Shown here: in pieces, positions 46,854 to 54,956 of the stretch
Layout: each line of letters begins with the position of its first letter
Position numbering within the stretch: position 1 is the stretch's first letter
Source of the DNA: a virus
IMG/VR virus record: IMGVR_UViG_3300022752_000030
Coordinates: 1 to 64,000 of that record
Direction: 5' to 3' (one strand)
Length of the DNA: 64,000 nucleotides
Program-made: the position numbers and the translations under genes
Notes under the pieces: generated by a model
Seen by the model: only the letters and a program-made list of their open reading frames with translations
Database searches by the model: none
What the model was told of the DNA's origin: nothing

Positions 46854-46858
46854 AAAAA

Positions 46859-46943
46859 TGGTGGAGAAGATTGGGATCGAACCAATTGTGACAAAAGTCG
46901 GAAGATTTACAGTCTCCTGCCATACCATTACGGCGGCTTCTCC
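46859..46943 (-). tRNA. tRNA-Tyr(GTA)
   Basis: CT-GTA-AA loop; long variable arm; CCA. Confidence 0.9.
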
Positions 46944-46948
46944 AAATA

Positions 46949-47025
<77 letters not shown>

Positions 47026-47031
47026 ATACGT

Positions 47032-47110
47032 TACCATATAAAAACACATTGGATTGCCTACTGCTAAAATGTACCGGACTCGGTTTTTTGCAATGTGTTT
47101 TTATATGGTA
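47032..47110. repeat. Perfect 20-bp inverted repeat with 39-nt loop, overlapping tRNA-Glu CCA
   Basis: TACCATATAAAAACACATTG (47032-47051) / CAATGTGTTTTTATATGGTA (47091-47110). Confidence 0.9.
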
Positions 47111-47181
47111 CACCGTAGCGGATTCGAACCGCTGTGAATGCCGTGAAAGGGCACTATCCTAGGCCTCTAGATGAACGGTGC
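47106..47181 (-). tRNA. tRNA-Glu(TTC)
   Basis: GTGCC-CT-TTC-AC-GGCAT; CCA. Confidence 0.9.
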
Positions 47182-47238
47182 ATAAAATACAATCCATTTT
47201 TTAATGAACAATGATTGATTTCTCAATCGATAGTACGT

Positions 47239-47291
47239 ATTGTACACGAATTAAAATGATTGTCAACACCTGTGTTGTTTTTTTACAACTT
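47239..47291 (-). promoter_or_regulatory. Sigma70-type promoter with upstream GTTGT-A6-ACAAC palindrome
   Basis: TTGACA-N16-TACAAT; upstream block identical to 2375-2395. Confidence 0.7.
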
Positions 47292-47297
47292 GTTTTT

Positions 47298-47387
47298 TGG
47301 CGGTGCGACTGAGATTCGAACTCAGAAGCCGGTGTTAACCGACCGAAGGATTAGCAATCCTCTCCAATACCGTTATGGGACCGCACC
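47298..47387 (-). tRNA. tRNA-Ser(GCT)
   Basis: GAGGA-TT-GCT-AA-TCCTT; long variable arm; GCCA. Confidence 0.9.
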
Positions 47388-47389
47388 AT

Positions 47390-47514
47390 TGAAATGCTTT
47401 AACATTATCGGCTATTGAACAATATTTTCCTATTTGAATTTTTGTTCCTTCACCCCATTGAAAAATAGCTATGTGATTTGATCCATAAGTGTGATCACCA
47501 CATATTAATGACAT
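47390..47514 (-). pseudogene. 5' fragment of CatB/Vat-type hexapeptide O-acetyltransferase
   Basis: MSLICGDHTYG..IFQWGEGTKIQIGKYCSIADNVKAF, then runs into tRNA-Ser. Confidence 0.6.
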
Positions 47515-48024
47515 TTAAATATTTTTCCATTTGATTGGTGTTGATACTATCGGCAAAGCAGGATTTCTAAATTCTTCAAGTATTTCCCACAGATGTTCGG
47601 AAATTGCAAACTTAGTTAATAATCCAGATTCACGTCCATAAGCATCAATTTCCCACGGATGGGACCAATATTCAACTTTATCGGAATCTATTTTTTCTCC
47701 GCGCCACATAGAGAGTTGATCATTCGTTTCATTGAACGCAAATTGCTTTAAATGCACCATTTCGTGAGCCAAAGTTTCGAGTATTCTCCTCGCACCTATT
47801 CCTGGATGCAACTCTATTAAAAAATCTCTAGCTTGTTTTGCGGTATTATAATCTTCAACCAGACAATAACCATATTCTTGTAATTTTCCATCAAAACGAA
47901 TTTTGACAGAACAGTTATTTCGTATTCTGGTATTTTTGATTAATTCTTTTGAATAAAAAGAAGCGGCTCTTTCAACAAATGGTTTAAAGTCTTTGTCTGG
48001 ACAATTAAATACTTTAATTTGCAT
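47515..48024 (-). CDS. HExxH zinc metallopeptidase-like protein
   Basis: TLAHEMVHLKQ, YWSHPWEIDAYGRE. Confidence 0.75.
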   Translation of the reverse strand: MQIKVFNCPDKDFKPFVERAASFYSKELIKNTRIRNNCSVKIRFDGKLQEYGYCLVEDYNTAKQARDFLIELHPGIGARRILETLAHEMVHLKQFAFNETNDQLSMWRGEKIDSDKVEYWSHPWEIDAYGRESGLLTKFAISEHLWEILEEFRNPALPIVSTPIKWKNI

Positions 48025-48079
48025 CTGACAACCTTTAAAATAACTGTTAAAATACTTAACACTCCTAATCTATTTAGAA

Positions 48080-48457
48080 TTATTGAATTTTTGTTCCTAA
48101 TTTCGCATCCCGATAAATGGTGGTGGTATGAATTAGTTCGGGTCTAAAGTATTCTTTTAATATATCAGTAACAACACTTTCGTCATATTCTTTACACGAA
48201 AAAACATCCAGATATAAGTCACCAGTATTATCCAAAAAATGACCCATAATATTTGAAGTTTCAATTAGTTGAATGACGGTCCATCCTGCTTTGTCTGTAC
48301 CATCAGCAAAATGAACAAGCTGAGGTTCACCGTAGGGTACCATATCAATTCTTTTAACTAAATCTTTTGTAAAATTTTTAATGTACAAAGAATCTTGTGC
48401 CTTATATCGATCACAATTTTTAGCATCTAACATCAGATGTTTTCCCCAATGCATCAT
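48080..48457 (-). CDS. speD: S-adenosylmethionine decarboxylase proenzyme
   Basis: WGKHLMLD, IETSNIMGH cleavage-site region, YLDVFSCK. Confidence 0.82.
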   Translation of the reverse strand: MMHWGKHLMLDAKNCDRYKAQDSLYIKNFTKDLVKRIDMVPYGEPQLVHFADGTDKAGWTVIQLIETSNIMGHFLDNTGDLYLDVFSCKEYDESVVTDILKEYFRPELIHTTTIYRDAKLGTKIQ

Positions 48458-48945
48458 ATCTTTTTAACCTCAATTCCTGCTTTTTCTAGAAAATTTAGAC
48501 CACTTTCGTCCCTATAAGAATTTCTATAATAGAGAGAGTTAATACCTGATTGATAAACTAATTTTGCACATTCAATGCAAGGTGCATGTGTAACAAACAT
48601 TATCGAGTCTTGACCAGATTCATTACTTTTTGCTAACTTTGCAATTGCATTACTTTCAGCATGAATCACTTCTGGTTTTGTTTTGGTACCGTACCAAGCA
48701 TTTTTATTTGGACACCACTTCCAACCTCTCATGACAAAATTATTAGAACCTAATTCTGGATTATCTTTCGTCCATTCAATAGTTTCACAATCATTGTCCC
48801 AACCAGCTGGCGTTCCATTATAACCAATAGAAATGATACGATTATCTTTTACGATAACAGCACCAACTTTTAATCTTTTAGCTGAAGATAACTTACCGAA
48901 CCTTTCGGCAGTATCCATGAACGCTTCAATCCATTTTTGTTTCAT
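48454..48945 (-). CDS. dCMP deaminase
   Basis: VGAVIVKD, GYNG, HAESNA, PCIEC. Confidence 0.92.
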   Translation of the reverse strand: MKQKWIEAFMDTAERFGKLSSAKRLKVGAVIVKDNRIISIGYNGTPAGWDNDCETIEWTKDNPELGSNNFVMRGWKWCPNKNAWYGTKTKPEVIHAESNAIAKLAKSNESGQDSIMFVTHAPCIECAKLVYQSGINSLYYRNSYRDESGLNFLEKAGIEVKKI

Positions 48946-49124
48946 TACCATCTTCCATCATCAATGATGAGTCGAATCCAAAAAGGACCAAAATAAATTG
49001 CATTTTCAAAAACATAGCAATCAGAAGGAAATTCTTTCGTCCTATCTCTAATCCATTCGAATCTCCAGTGAAAAGGATTTAACACAAATCCAATCCAAAG
49101 TCCGGAATATTTTAACCATTTCAT
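48945..49124 (-). CDS. Small Trp-rich hypothetical protein (59 aa)
   Basis: Manual ORF MKWLKYSG..NPFHWR..IIDDGRW; coupled at both ends. Confidence 0.6.
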   Translation of the reverse strand: MKWLKYSGLWIGFVLNPFHWRFEWIRDRTKEFPSDCYVFENAIYFGPFWIRLIIDDGRW

Positions 49125-49309
49125 TTGATGAACTCCAAACTATCTTTTCGGATATAACGAACTGGAGTTTTATTTTGTGGTGTTTTTATGACAGGAAGAA
49201 AAGCAACACCATCAATCTCTTTGATTTCCCAATTCGAATAGGTAAAATATTCTTCCTGATTCGTGCGGACACGAACTTTTTTTAATACAGGTACTTTAAT
49301 GTTTTTCAT
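49121..49309 (-). CDS. Small hypothetical protein
   Basis: Follows consensus promoter TTGACA(49347-49342)-N17-TATAAT. Confidence 0.6.
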   Translation of the reverse strand: MKNIKVPVLKKVRVRTNQEEYFTYSNWEIKEIDGVAFLPVIKTPQNKTPVRYIRKDSLEFIK

Positions 49310-49325
49310 AATGAATAAATTATAC

Positions 49326-49354
49326 AAAAAAGAAAGGGCTCTGTCAAGAGCCCT
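49326..49354 (-). terminator. Rho-independent terminator after hsp20, overlapping the -35 of the next promoter
   Basis: AGGGCTCT-GTCA-AGAGCCCT stem with U tract on minus strand. Confidence 0.7.
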
Positions 49355-49358
49355 ATTT

Positions 49359-49436
49359 TTATTTACCTTTGTTTTGGAATTTTTCAGGATTATTTAACTG
49401 ATCCCATTCCTCATCGGATACAGGCCACCAGTTCAT
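49359..49436 (-). CDS. 25-aa microprotein coupled to hsp20
   Basis: ATGA overlap; MNWWPVSDEEWDQLNNPEKFQNKGK. Confidence 0.45.
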   Translation of the reverse strand: MNWWPVSDEEWDQLNNPEKFQNKGK

Positions 49437-49879
49437 TTTTCTTCCTTAATGGTAATTTTTTTGATAGCGTCTTGAGCTTTGATCATGTTCTCCAGCCAAA
49501 CCTTGAGCATACCATTTGCCAATTCTGCATCTTTAATTTCAACTTTATCAGCCAAAGTAAAAGTGCGTTCAAAAGAACGATTTGCAATGCCTTTGTATAG
49601 GTAATCACTTTCAGTATCATCTTTTGTTGCACCTTTGATGATAAGTTTATTACCCTCTAAAGTCATTTCAATATCAGATTTTGCAAATCCAGCAACAGCC
49701 ATTTCGATAACATATTTGTTATCTTTGACTTGTTTGATATTGTATGGAGGATACCCAGCGACTTTTGCAGATTGTTCTGCAATTTTTTTAAGTGTGTCTA
49801 GGGTTTGATCGAAGCCAACCGTGAATGGTTGAAATTGACCGAAAAGGTCTTTACCGAATACATCTTTCATGTATGTCAT
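49433..49879 (-). CDS. hsp20: Small heat shock protein Hsp20
   Basis: YPPYNI, IEMAVAGF, YLYKGIA.RSFERTF, NGML. Confidence 0.95.
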   Translation of the reverse strand: MTYMKDVFGKDLFGQFQPFTVGFDQTLDTLKKIAEQSAKVAGYPPYNIKQVKDNKYVIEMAVAGFAKSDIEMTLEGNKLIIKGATKDDTESDYLYKGIANRSFERTFTLADKVEIKDAELANGMLKVWLENMIKAQDAIKKITIKEEK

Positions 49880-50000
49880 TTGTTTCTCCTTAAAAAAGCG
49901 AAAAAGTTTTTAAAAAATCCAACCTAAAAAGCGTTGGACCGAGTAATTTATTACTAGCCTTAACCTCGGCACTGCTAGTTCCCATCCCTGAGAATATAAT

Positions 50001-50008
50001 TATTTATA
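50001..50008 (-). promoter_or_regulatory. T4 consensus late promoter TATAAATA upstream of hsp20
   Basis: Exact TATAAATA on minus strand. Confidence 0.6.
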
Positions 50009-50009
50009 A

Positions 50010-50423
50010 TTATTCAGTATCTTTTTGTGGTTTTTTACCGATATTATATTTCGGAATTAATTGCCACTCAGACTTTTCTTTATGTGAAATAATTTTAATT
50101 TGAGACAAGAAAATAGGAACTGGATTTTCCGTTTGTTCTTTTCTCACAATTTCAATTAAACCCCAATCTTGTAATAAGTTTACAATAGCATTTCTTCTTG
50201 ATAAATCATTTTCAGAAATATCTGTTGGTTTTCCGTCTAATGCAAACAATTCTTTAAAGTGTACAATATAATATTGTCCTCTTTTGTGTAAAATATGGCA
50301 TGACTGATACAACATCTTTTCTTTTTTAGAAGCGACACCAATTCGTGTTAACGTTTCACGAACTTTTAAAAAATCATCTTTTTCTTTAAGTTTTACCTCA
50401 ACTAAGTCTTTAATTTCTAGCAT
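50010..50423 (-). CDS. regA: Translational repressor RegA
   Basis: DDFLKVRETLTRIGVAS, YQSCHILHKRG.YYIVHFKE. Confidence 0.96.
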   Translation of the reverse strand: MLEIKDLVEVKLKEKDDFLKVRETLTRIGVASKKEKMLYQSCHILHKRGQYYIVHFKELFALDGKPTDISENDLSRRNAIVNLLQDWGLIEIVRKEQTENPVPIFLSQIKIISHKEKSEWQLIPKYNIGKKPQKDTE

Positions 50424-50811
50424 TATTCTTGACTCCGCCTTTGTCTGTTTTTATTTTTATTTCAGCGATCTGTTCATCTGTGAGAATACTTAAAGCTTCC
50501 TTGGCTTTAGTATTAGAATAACCAAAATAGGTTTTCACAACGTCAATATTCTCGTCAACTTTAGATTTTTGCCACGGTTGAAATTTCCGTTTCATAGGTC
50601 TAATACTATTTAGAAGATATTGGTATTGCATGTCTTTATCTAGACTCGGCCATCTGTTCATTTCGTTGGCATACAAAACACAATCCAAATGATAAGACAA
50701 GGCACGGTTAACCAAGAAAGGATGATAGTCCTTTAAATCTAACTCATCATAGATTACAGATTTTTTAGTTGTGAGTATGGATGGAATAATTTCTTTGAAC
50801 AGGTCAGGCAT
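50410..50811 (-). CDS. gp62: Clamp loader small subunit
   Basis: Y.PFLVNRALS, NEMN, YFGYS..KAKEAL; synteny. Confidence 0.9.
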   Translation of the reverse strand: MPDLFKEIIPSILTTKKSVIYDELDLKDYHPFLVNRALSYHLDCVLYANEMNRWPSLDKDMQYQYLLNSIRPMKRKFQPWQKSKVDENIDVVKTYFGYSNTKAKEALSILTDEQIAEIKIKTDKGGVKNNARN

Positions 50812-50812
50812 A

Positions 50813-51415
50813 TTAATTCATCCATTGCGTTATATCTTGTTTGTTAATTCTCTTTATATACTTCTGAGAAATAGAATCTTCTTTTTTTCTAGAATCACTA
50901 AAGTCATCGGCTTCTGCAAGATTTAAATAAGGTAAACGACCAAACATTTTTTGATATTGATAAATTTGTTCACTCTCAACCAATGATAGTAAATTTCTCA
51001 TACCAACTGCTGGAACATGACTTTTTGGTATTAGAAGTGCAATATAAAAAGTCTTTTCTGAGGTAGTGTCCTCACTATACAAACTGTGATATAGTTCATA
51101 CTTTCTCTTTTCAGAACCAAAATTACCATTGGGATTACTGAACCTAGGTAGATGTTGTTTCATTCTTGCATGTGGTGCAGTAGTCAAAGAAGGCTCTCTG
51201 TGTGCTTCTTTCCTATCTGCTGTATAGTTATCTTTTAGACCCCCAGCCATACCAAAATAAAAAGTTTCCTCTAACATGAAAGGCCATTGGTTCTGTGGTG
51301 GCATAGAATCCAACCAAGAAAAAGCATATACAACACTTGTCAAGTTTTTTGTGTAATCATAAACTTTTTCTTTTGTTGTCCAAAAGAGATTCATATTTTC
51401 GTTTGTATAAATCAT
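50813..51415 (-). CDS. Divergent GIY-YIG-like protein inserted between gp44 and gp62
   Basis: VVYAF..FYFGMA..RMKQH..VESE..PYLN. Confidence 0.5.
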   Translation of the reverse strand: MIYTNENMNLFWTTKEKVYDYTKNLTSVVYAFSWLDSMPPQNQWPFMLEETFYFGMAGGLKDNYTADRKEAHREPSLTTAPHARMKQHLPRFSNPNGNFGSEKRKYELYHSLYSEDTTSEKTFYIALLIPKSHVPAVGMRNLLSLVESEQIYQYQKMFGRLPYLNLAEADDFSDSRKKEDSISQKYIKRINKQDITQWMN

Positions 51416-52344
51416 TTAAATTCACTTTCAACCATAATTTCGGTCAAACAAGCCATTAAATTGATCTCATGATCCGCAACAAACGCTGCTTGGTATTGAT
51501 ACTTAGCAAGAATTAAAACCAATTGTGGTACAGAATTAGGTTTCAAGTTATCATATAATGCATCATAGATATTGCGGAAAATACGTGTTTGATCATTATC
51601 TAAATTATTGGTAACCCATTTACGACAAGACCCAAAATCTTTATCTTTCAAAGCACCAATTAATGATTCCATCTTAACGTCAGAAATGGCAGCTAAGATT
51701 CCTTTATCAATTTTTCCACTCACACCATATCTTTGCAATTCATTCAACACTCGCCTATTATCAGGAAAGTGTTTGGTGATTACAGAAGCGACTACTTCTT
51801 TTTCATATTCAATTTTTTCACTTTGTAATATGAACTCAACTCGACGGAAGAATTGAGAAGCCATTTTAGCTTTACTGCCATTGGCTTTAAAGTCAACTAC
51901 GGTGCAACGGGAATGAATTGGATCGATGATCCTATTCTTAAAATTACAGGTGAATATAAACGAACAATTGGATGCAAATTCTTCGATGCCTGCTCGTAGG
52001 ATCGCTTGAGCATTTGGTGTCAAATAGTCAGCTTCATCTAGAATAATGACTTTACGACCGCCCACCAAGGACATAGATGATGCATAGTTCTTGATTTTTA
52101 CACGAATCGTATCAACGCCGTTTTCATCAGAACCGTTGATGATGATATAATCACAACCTACTTCTTCACACATGGCACGTGCAACTGTTGTTTTACCGAC
52201 ACCAGCTGAACCTGCCAGAAGTAGATTGGGAATTTCTTTGCGATTTACATATTCCTGAAACGTAGACTTTAGTGTATCAGGAAGAATACAATCTTCGATT
52301 TTATTTGGGCGATATTTTTCCACCCACAACATGTGATCTATCAT
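51412..52344 (-). CDS. gp44: Clamp loader AAA+ subunit
   Basis: WVEKYRP, GSAGVGKT, LDEAD, SRC. Confidence 0.96.
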   Translation of the reverse strand: MIDHMLWVEKYRPNKIEDCILPDTLKSTFQEYVNRKEIPNLLLAGSAGVGKTTVARAMCEEVGCDYIIINGSDENGVDTIRVKIKNYASSMSLVGGRKVIILDEADYLTPNAQAILRAGIEEFASNCSFIFTCNFKNRIIDPIHSRCTVVDFKANGSKAKMASQFFRRVEFILQSEKIEYEKEVVASVITKHFPDNRRVLNELQRYGVSGKIDKGILAAISDVKMESLIGALKDKDFGSCRKWVTNNLDNDQTRIFRNIYDALYDNLKPNSVPQLVLILAKYQYQAAFVADHEINLMACLTEIMVESEFK

Positions 52345-52374
52345 TCAAAAACTCCATAATATAAAAAAATAAAT

Positions 52375-52650
52375 TCACTTCACTTCATTCATCGATTCAA
52401 ACAAAGCTTCAAATTCTTTTGATTCAGCAATTTCAGTTTGAAATGAATTTTTATGTTGTGTTTTTGCCATACGTTTAAGAATCTTTTTAGGAATCTTCAA
52501 TTCGTCATATGCAATATCAACAATATCTTTGATTGCCATGTTGTTGCCATCATTTTTGTGCATATGTACAACAACTTCGTCAATATATCCTTTTAACTTT
52601 TTTAAAGCTTCTTCATCAAAAGAACCAAATAATGTATTCACTTTAGTCAA
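52375..52650 (-). CDS. T4 DsbA-like dsDNA-binding protein
   Basis: IKDI...ELKIPKK..RMAKT.HK..F pattern; helical 91 aa. Confidence 0.6.
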   Translation of the reverse strand: MTKVNTLFGSFDEEALKKLKGYIDEVVVHMHKNDGNNMAIKDIVDIAYDELKIPKKILKRMAKTQHKNSFQTEIAESKEFEALFESMNEVK

Positions 52651-52652
52651 AA

Positions 52653-53324
52653 TTATTCTCCAAATTTTGAATGTTTAGCTTCAATTGCGATCCAATATTG
52701 CATAGAACCGTCTTCACTCTTGAATGATGCCAAACCTTTAGATGAAATCTCAACTTCATAGGTATTTGACATCAACTTTAAATTATCTGTCATAAAAACA
52801 GCTTTGAATGATTTACCATTGCCCTCTGCAATTTCTGTAGCATTGATGTGTGCAGAATCATCATCAGCGTTAAAAGTTGTAACGTTAATTGCATCACCGT
52901 CTGATTCAAATGCAATGTGGGGTGATTGCAACAAACTAGCGTTCTTTAATACAGACGCCAAATCATCAGATTTGAATGTAAAAGAAACATCAACAGAAGG
53001 AATGTTCAATTCTTTTTCTGGTGCGGTAACGATAGCAGTTTTCGCTGCGGTACGATACCATGTTTTACTTTTATTTGATTTGAAAATAACATGTTTCTCA
53101 TCAAAATCAATTTCACAATCTTTATTCACAGAATAAATTGATAAAAACTGATTCAAGTCGTAGATGCAAAAATCTTTAGGAAATTCATCTTTAATAGTGG
53201 CTTTAGCCAAAATTGTTTTAGTTGGTGCCATCGTAGCCAACTTATTTCCTTTTTTGAATTCAATGTTGTTATTAATTCCAACAAAGTTTTTCAACACAGT
53301 TAATGTTTCACTCGAAATTTTCAT
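52653..53324 (-). CDS. gp45: Sliding clamp
   Basis: MKISSETLTVLKNF..IN, IYDLNQFLS, YWIAIE; synteny. Confidence 0.93.
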   Translation of the reverse strand: MKISSETLTVLKNFVGINNNIEFKKGNKLATMAPTKTILAKATIKDEFPKDFCIYDLNQFLSIYSVNKDCEIDFDEKHVIFKSNKSKTWYRTAAKTAIVTAPEKELNIPSVDVSFTFKSDDLASVLKNASLLQSPHIAFESDGDAINVTTFNADDDSAHINATEIAEGNGKSFKAVFMTDNLKLMSNTYEVEISSKGLASFKSEDGSMQYWIAIEAKHSKFGE

Positions 53325-53355
53325 AATATACTCCAAAAAATTTATTGTACAATTT

Positions 53356-53700
53356 TTAATCAGTTTTGTCAACTGAATATTTCACGTCATGTTCATACAA
53401 AAACATGAGACAACATAAAGCGTGTGCTAAGTGGTGAATACCGGATTCAGAATCAACTTGTTCACCTTTTTTCCAAGCCCACACGTGTCTTTGTAAAGCG
53501 TCAAAGTACCTACGTTTTGAATCTGGTACTTTTTGCCAATTATCACGTTCATACTTTTGAGCACCAAAAGTTAAAACTTTAACTGTTTCCTCTAAAGCAA
53601 GAGGAGGAAGTAAACCATATTCTAGTTTACCTCCATCAAATTTACGTCCTAAAGTAGTTGAAAGTGATTTTTCATAATCAACCATCTCCTCAAGAAACAT
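53356..53700 (-). CDS. dATP/dGTP diphosphohydrolase-like (DUF5664)
   Basis: GRKFD..K..LLP, FGAQKY..DNW, AL.RH, DSESG.HHLAHA. Confidence 0.82.
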   Translation of the reverse strand: MFLEEMVDYEKSLSTTLGRKFDGGKLEYGLLPPLALEETVKVLTFGAQKYERDNWQKVPDSKRRYFDALQRHVWAWKKGEQVDSESGIHHLAHALCCLMFLYEHDVKYSVDKTD

Positions 53701-54518
53701 TACATTTCTCCGACAAAATTTGCAACAGCTGGCATGTCTCCCGTAAAGTGATATGTTCCGATGTGTTGTGTTTTCATCCAAGGGCATAACCAAATCGTAC
53801 CGCCTAATTTTCTCCACAATTGACAGAACATATAGTCTTCTGAAAGATAACGATCTGATCCTCCGCCCGTTGCACTATCGATTGTATCAATCATTGTATC
53901 AAAGTATGCGTGAATATAACGTGAACCGTCAAAACTTGATTGTCCTACGTGATCTGGCCTATATCTAAGATGTGGATATGCAGCTTCAAATTTAGGAAAT
54001 ACCTCACGTTTAATCATCATAAATCCTGTTCCGATCTCCAGTACTTCTAGAGGCTCAGTAACACTAAATTTATCTGTACCTTTAACAGCATTGAATACGT
54101 AATCACCAGTTACTTTAGATAAATTGCTAGCGTCAATTTGTGGATTTCTTTCCATTGCTTTTTTGACTGCTTTCCATTTGATGGCTTTCTTTGGATAGGG
54201 ACCGCCAATAATATCTCTATCTAAAGCCAAAAGTGCAATTACATCATTTGGATTAAAGTGAATATCAGCGTCCAAGAAAAGCATGTGTGTGCAATCTGAT
54301 CGGTGAATAAATTCATCAACAAGATAATTTCTTGCTCGAGTAATTAAAGATTCATTGAAAAGAAATGAAAATTTAATTGTAATTCCATACTGAATAGCAA
54401 GAGCTTGCAAATCAAGGCAAGCTTTTGCATATAAACCATGATTCATTCCACCATACATTGGTGTTGCAACGAATATGCTTTTTTTGCGTAGTTCTTCTTT
54501 TTTAATTGAAATTTCCAT
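53700..54518 (-). CDS. GT-A glycosyltransferase-like protein
   Basis: ATPMYGG, NESLITRARN, FLDADI, GTGFMMI, LSEDY.FC. Confidence 0.75.
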   Translation of the reverse strand: MEISIKKEELRKKSIFVATPMYGGMNHGLYAKACLDLQALAIQYGITIKFSFLFNESLITRARNYLVDEFIHRSDCTHMLFLDADIHFNPNDVIALLALDRDIIGGPYPKKAIKWKAVKKAMERNPQIDASNLSKVTGDYVFNAVKGTDKFSVTEPLEVLEIGTGFMMIKREVFPKFEAAYPHLRYRPDHVGQSSFDGSRYIHAYFDTMIDTIDSATGGGSDRYLSEDYMFCQLWRKLGGTIWLCPWMKTQHIGTYHFTGDMPAVANFVGEM

Positions 54519-54535
54519 TTTCTCTCCAAGAGTTA

Positions 54536-54570
54536 AAAAAAAGGAGATCCACTTTTGGTGGGTCTCCTTT
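54536..54570 (-). terminator. Rho-independent terminator
   Basis: AAGGAGATCCAC-TTTTG-GTGGGTCTCCTT stem with U tract. Confidence 0.75.
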
Positions 54571-54582
54571 GCGTTTGCTTAA

Positions 54583-54852
54583 TTAAGCGTTAAAAGTGTA
54601 ACCAGCAGAAATAGCGGTGCGTACCATTGATTTGGTCGGTTTACCCAAACGATAAACAGCTACTTTGCTGCCGTCACGGCGTGTTTTAGTGTTTGTATAA
54701 ATTACGTGACCTTCTTTACGTAATTCTTCGATTCGAGCAGAAACATTTTGAATACCAAAACGTGCTCTTGCTTGTGCAACTGAAAGTGTGTTGTAACCTT
54801 CTGTTTTGCTCAAGAAGTTGAGGATTTTAGATTTAGCGGATAATTTAGTCAT
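54583..54852 (-). CDS. Winged-helix DNA-binding protein
   Basis: SVAQARARFGIQNVSARIEELRKEG..Y. Confidence 0.75.
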   Translation of the reverse strand: MTKLSAKSKILNFLSKTEGYNTLSVAQARARFGIQNVSARIEELRKEGHVIYTNTKTRRDGSKVAVYRLGKPTKSMVRTAISAGYTFNA

Positions 54853-54956
54853 AATAATCTCCTAATGACAAAGTTTAACAAAATCTTGCGTATTGCAAGT
54901 TCACAAATCATAACATTATATAGTGATCAAGTCAAGTACTTTTGTGGTACACTTGA

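Noticed and set aside
53356-53700. DUF5664 as evidence of a 2-aminoadenine (Z) genome
   Set aside because: No purZ in the window, and DUF5664 is widespread in phages without Z-DNA
54915-54943. Sigma70 promoter upstream of the wHTH gene
   Set aside because: TATAAT is present, but the nearest TTGACT is only 9 nt away, so a canonical -35 cannot be supported
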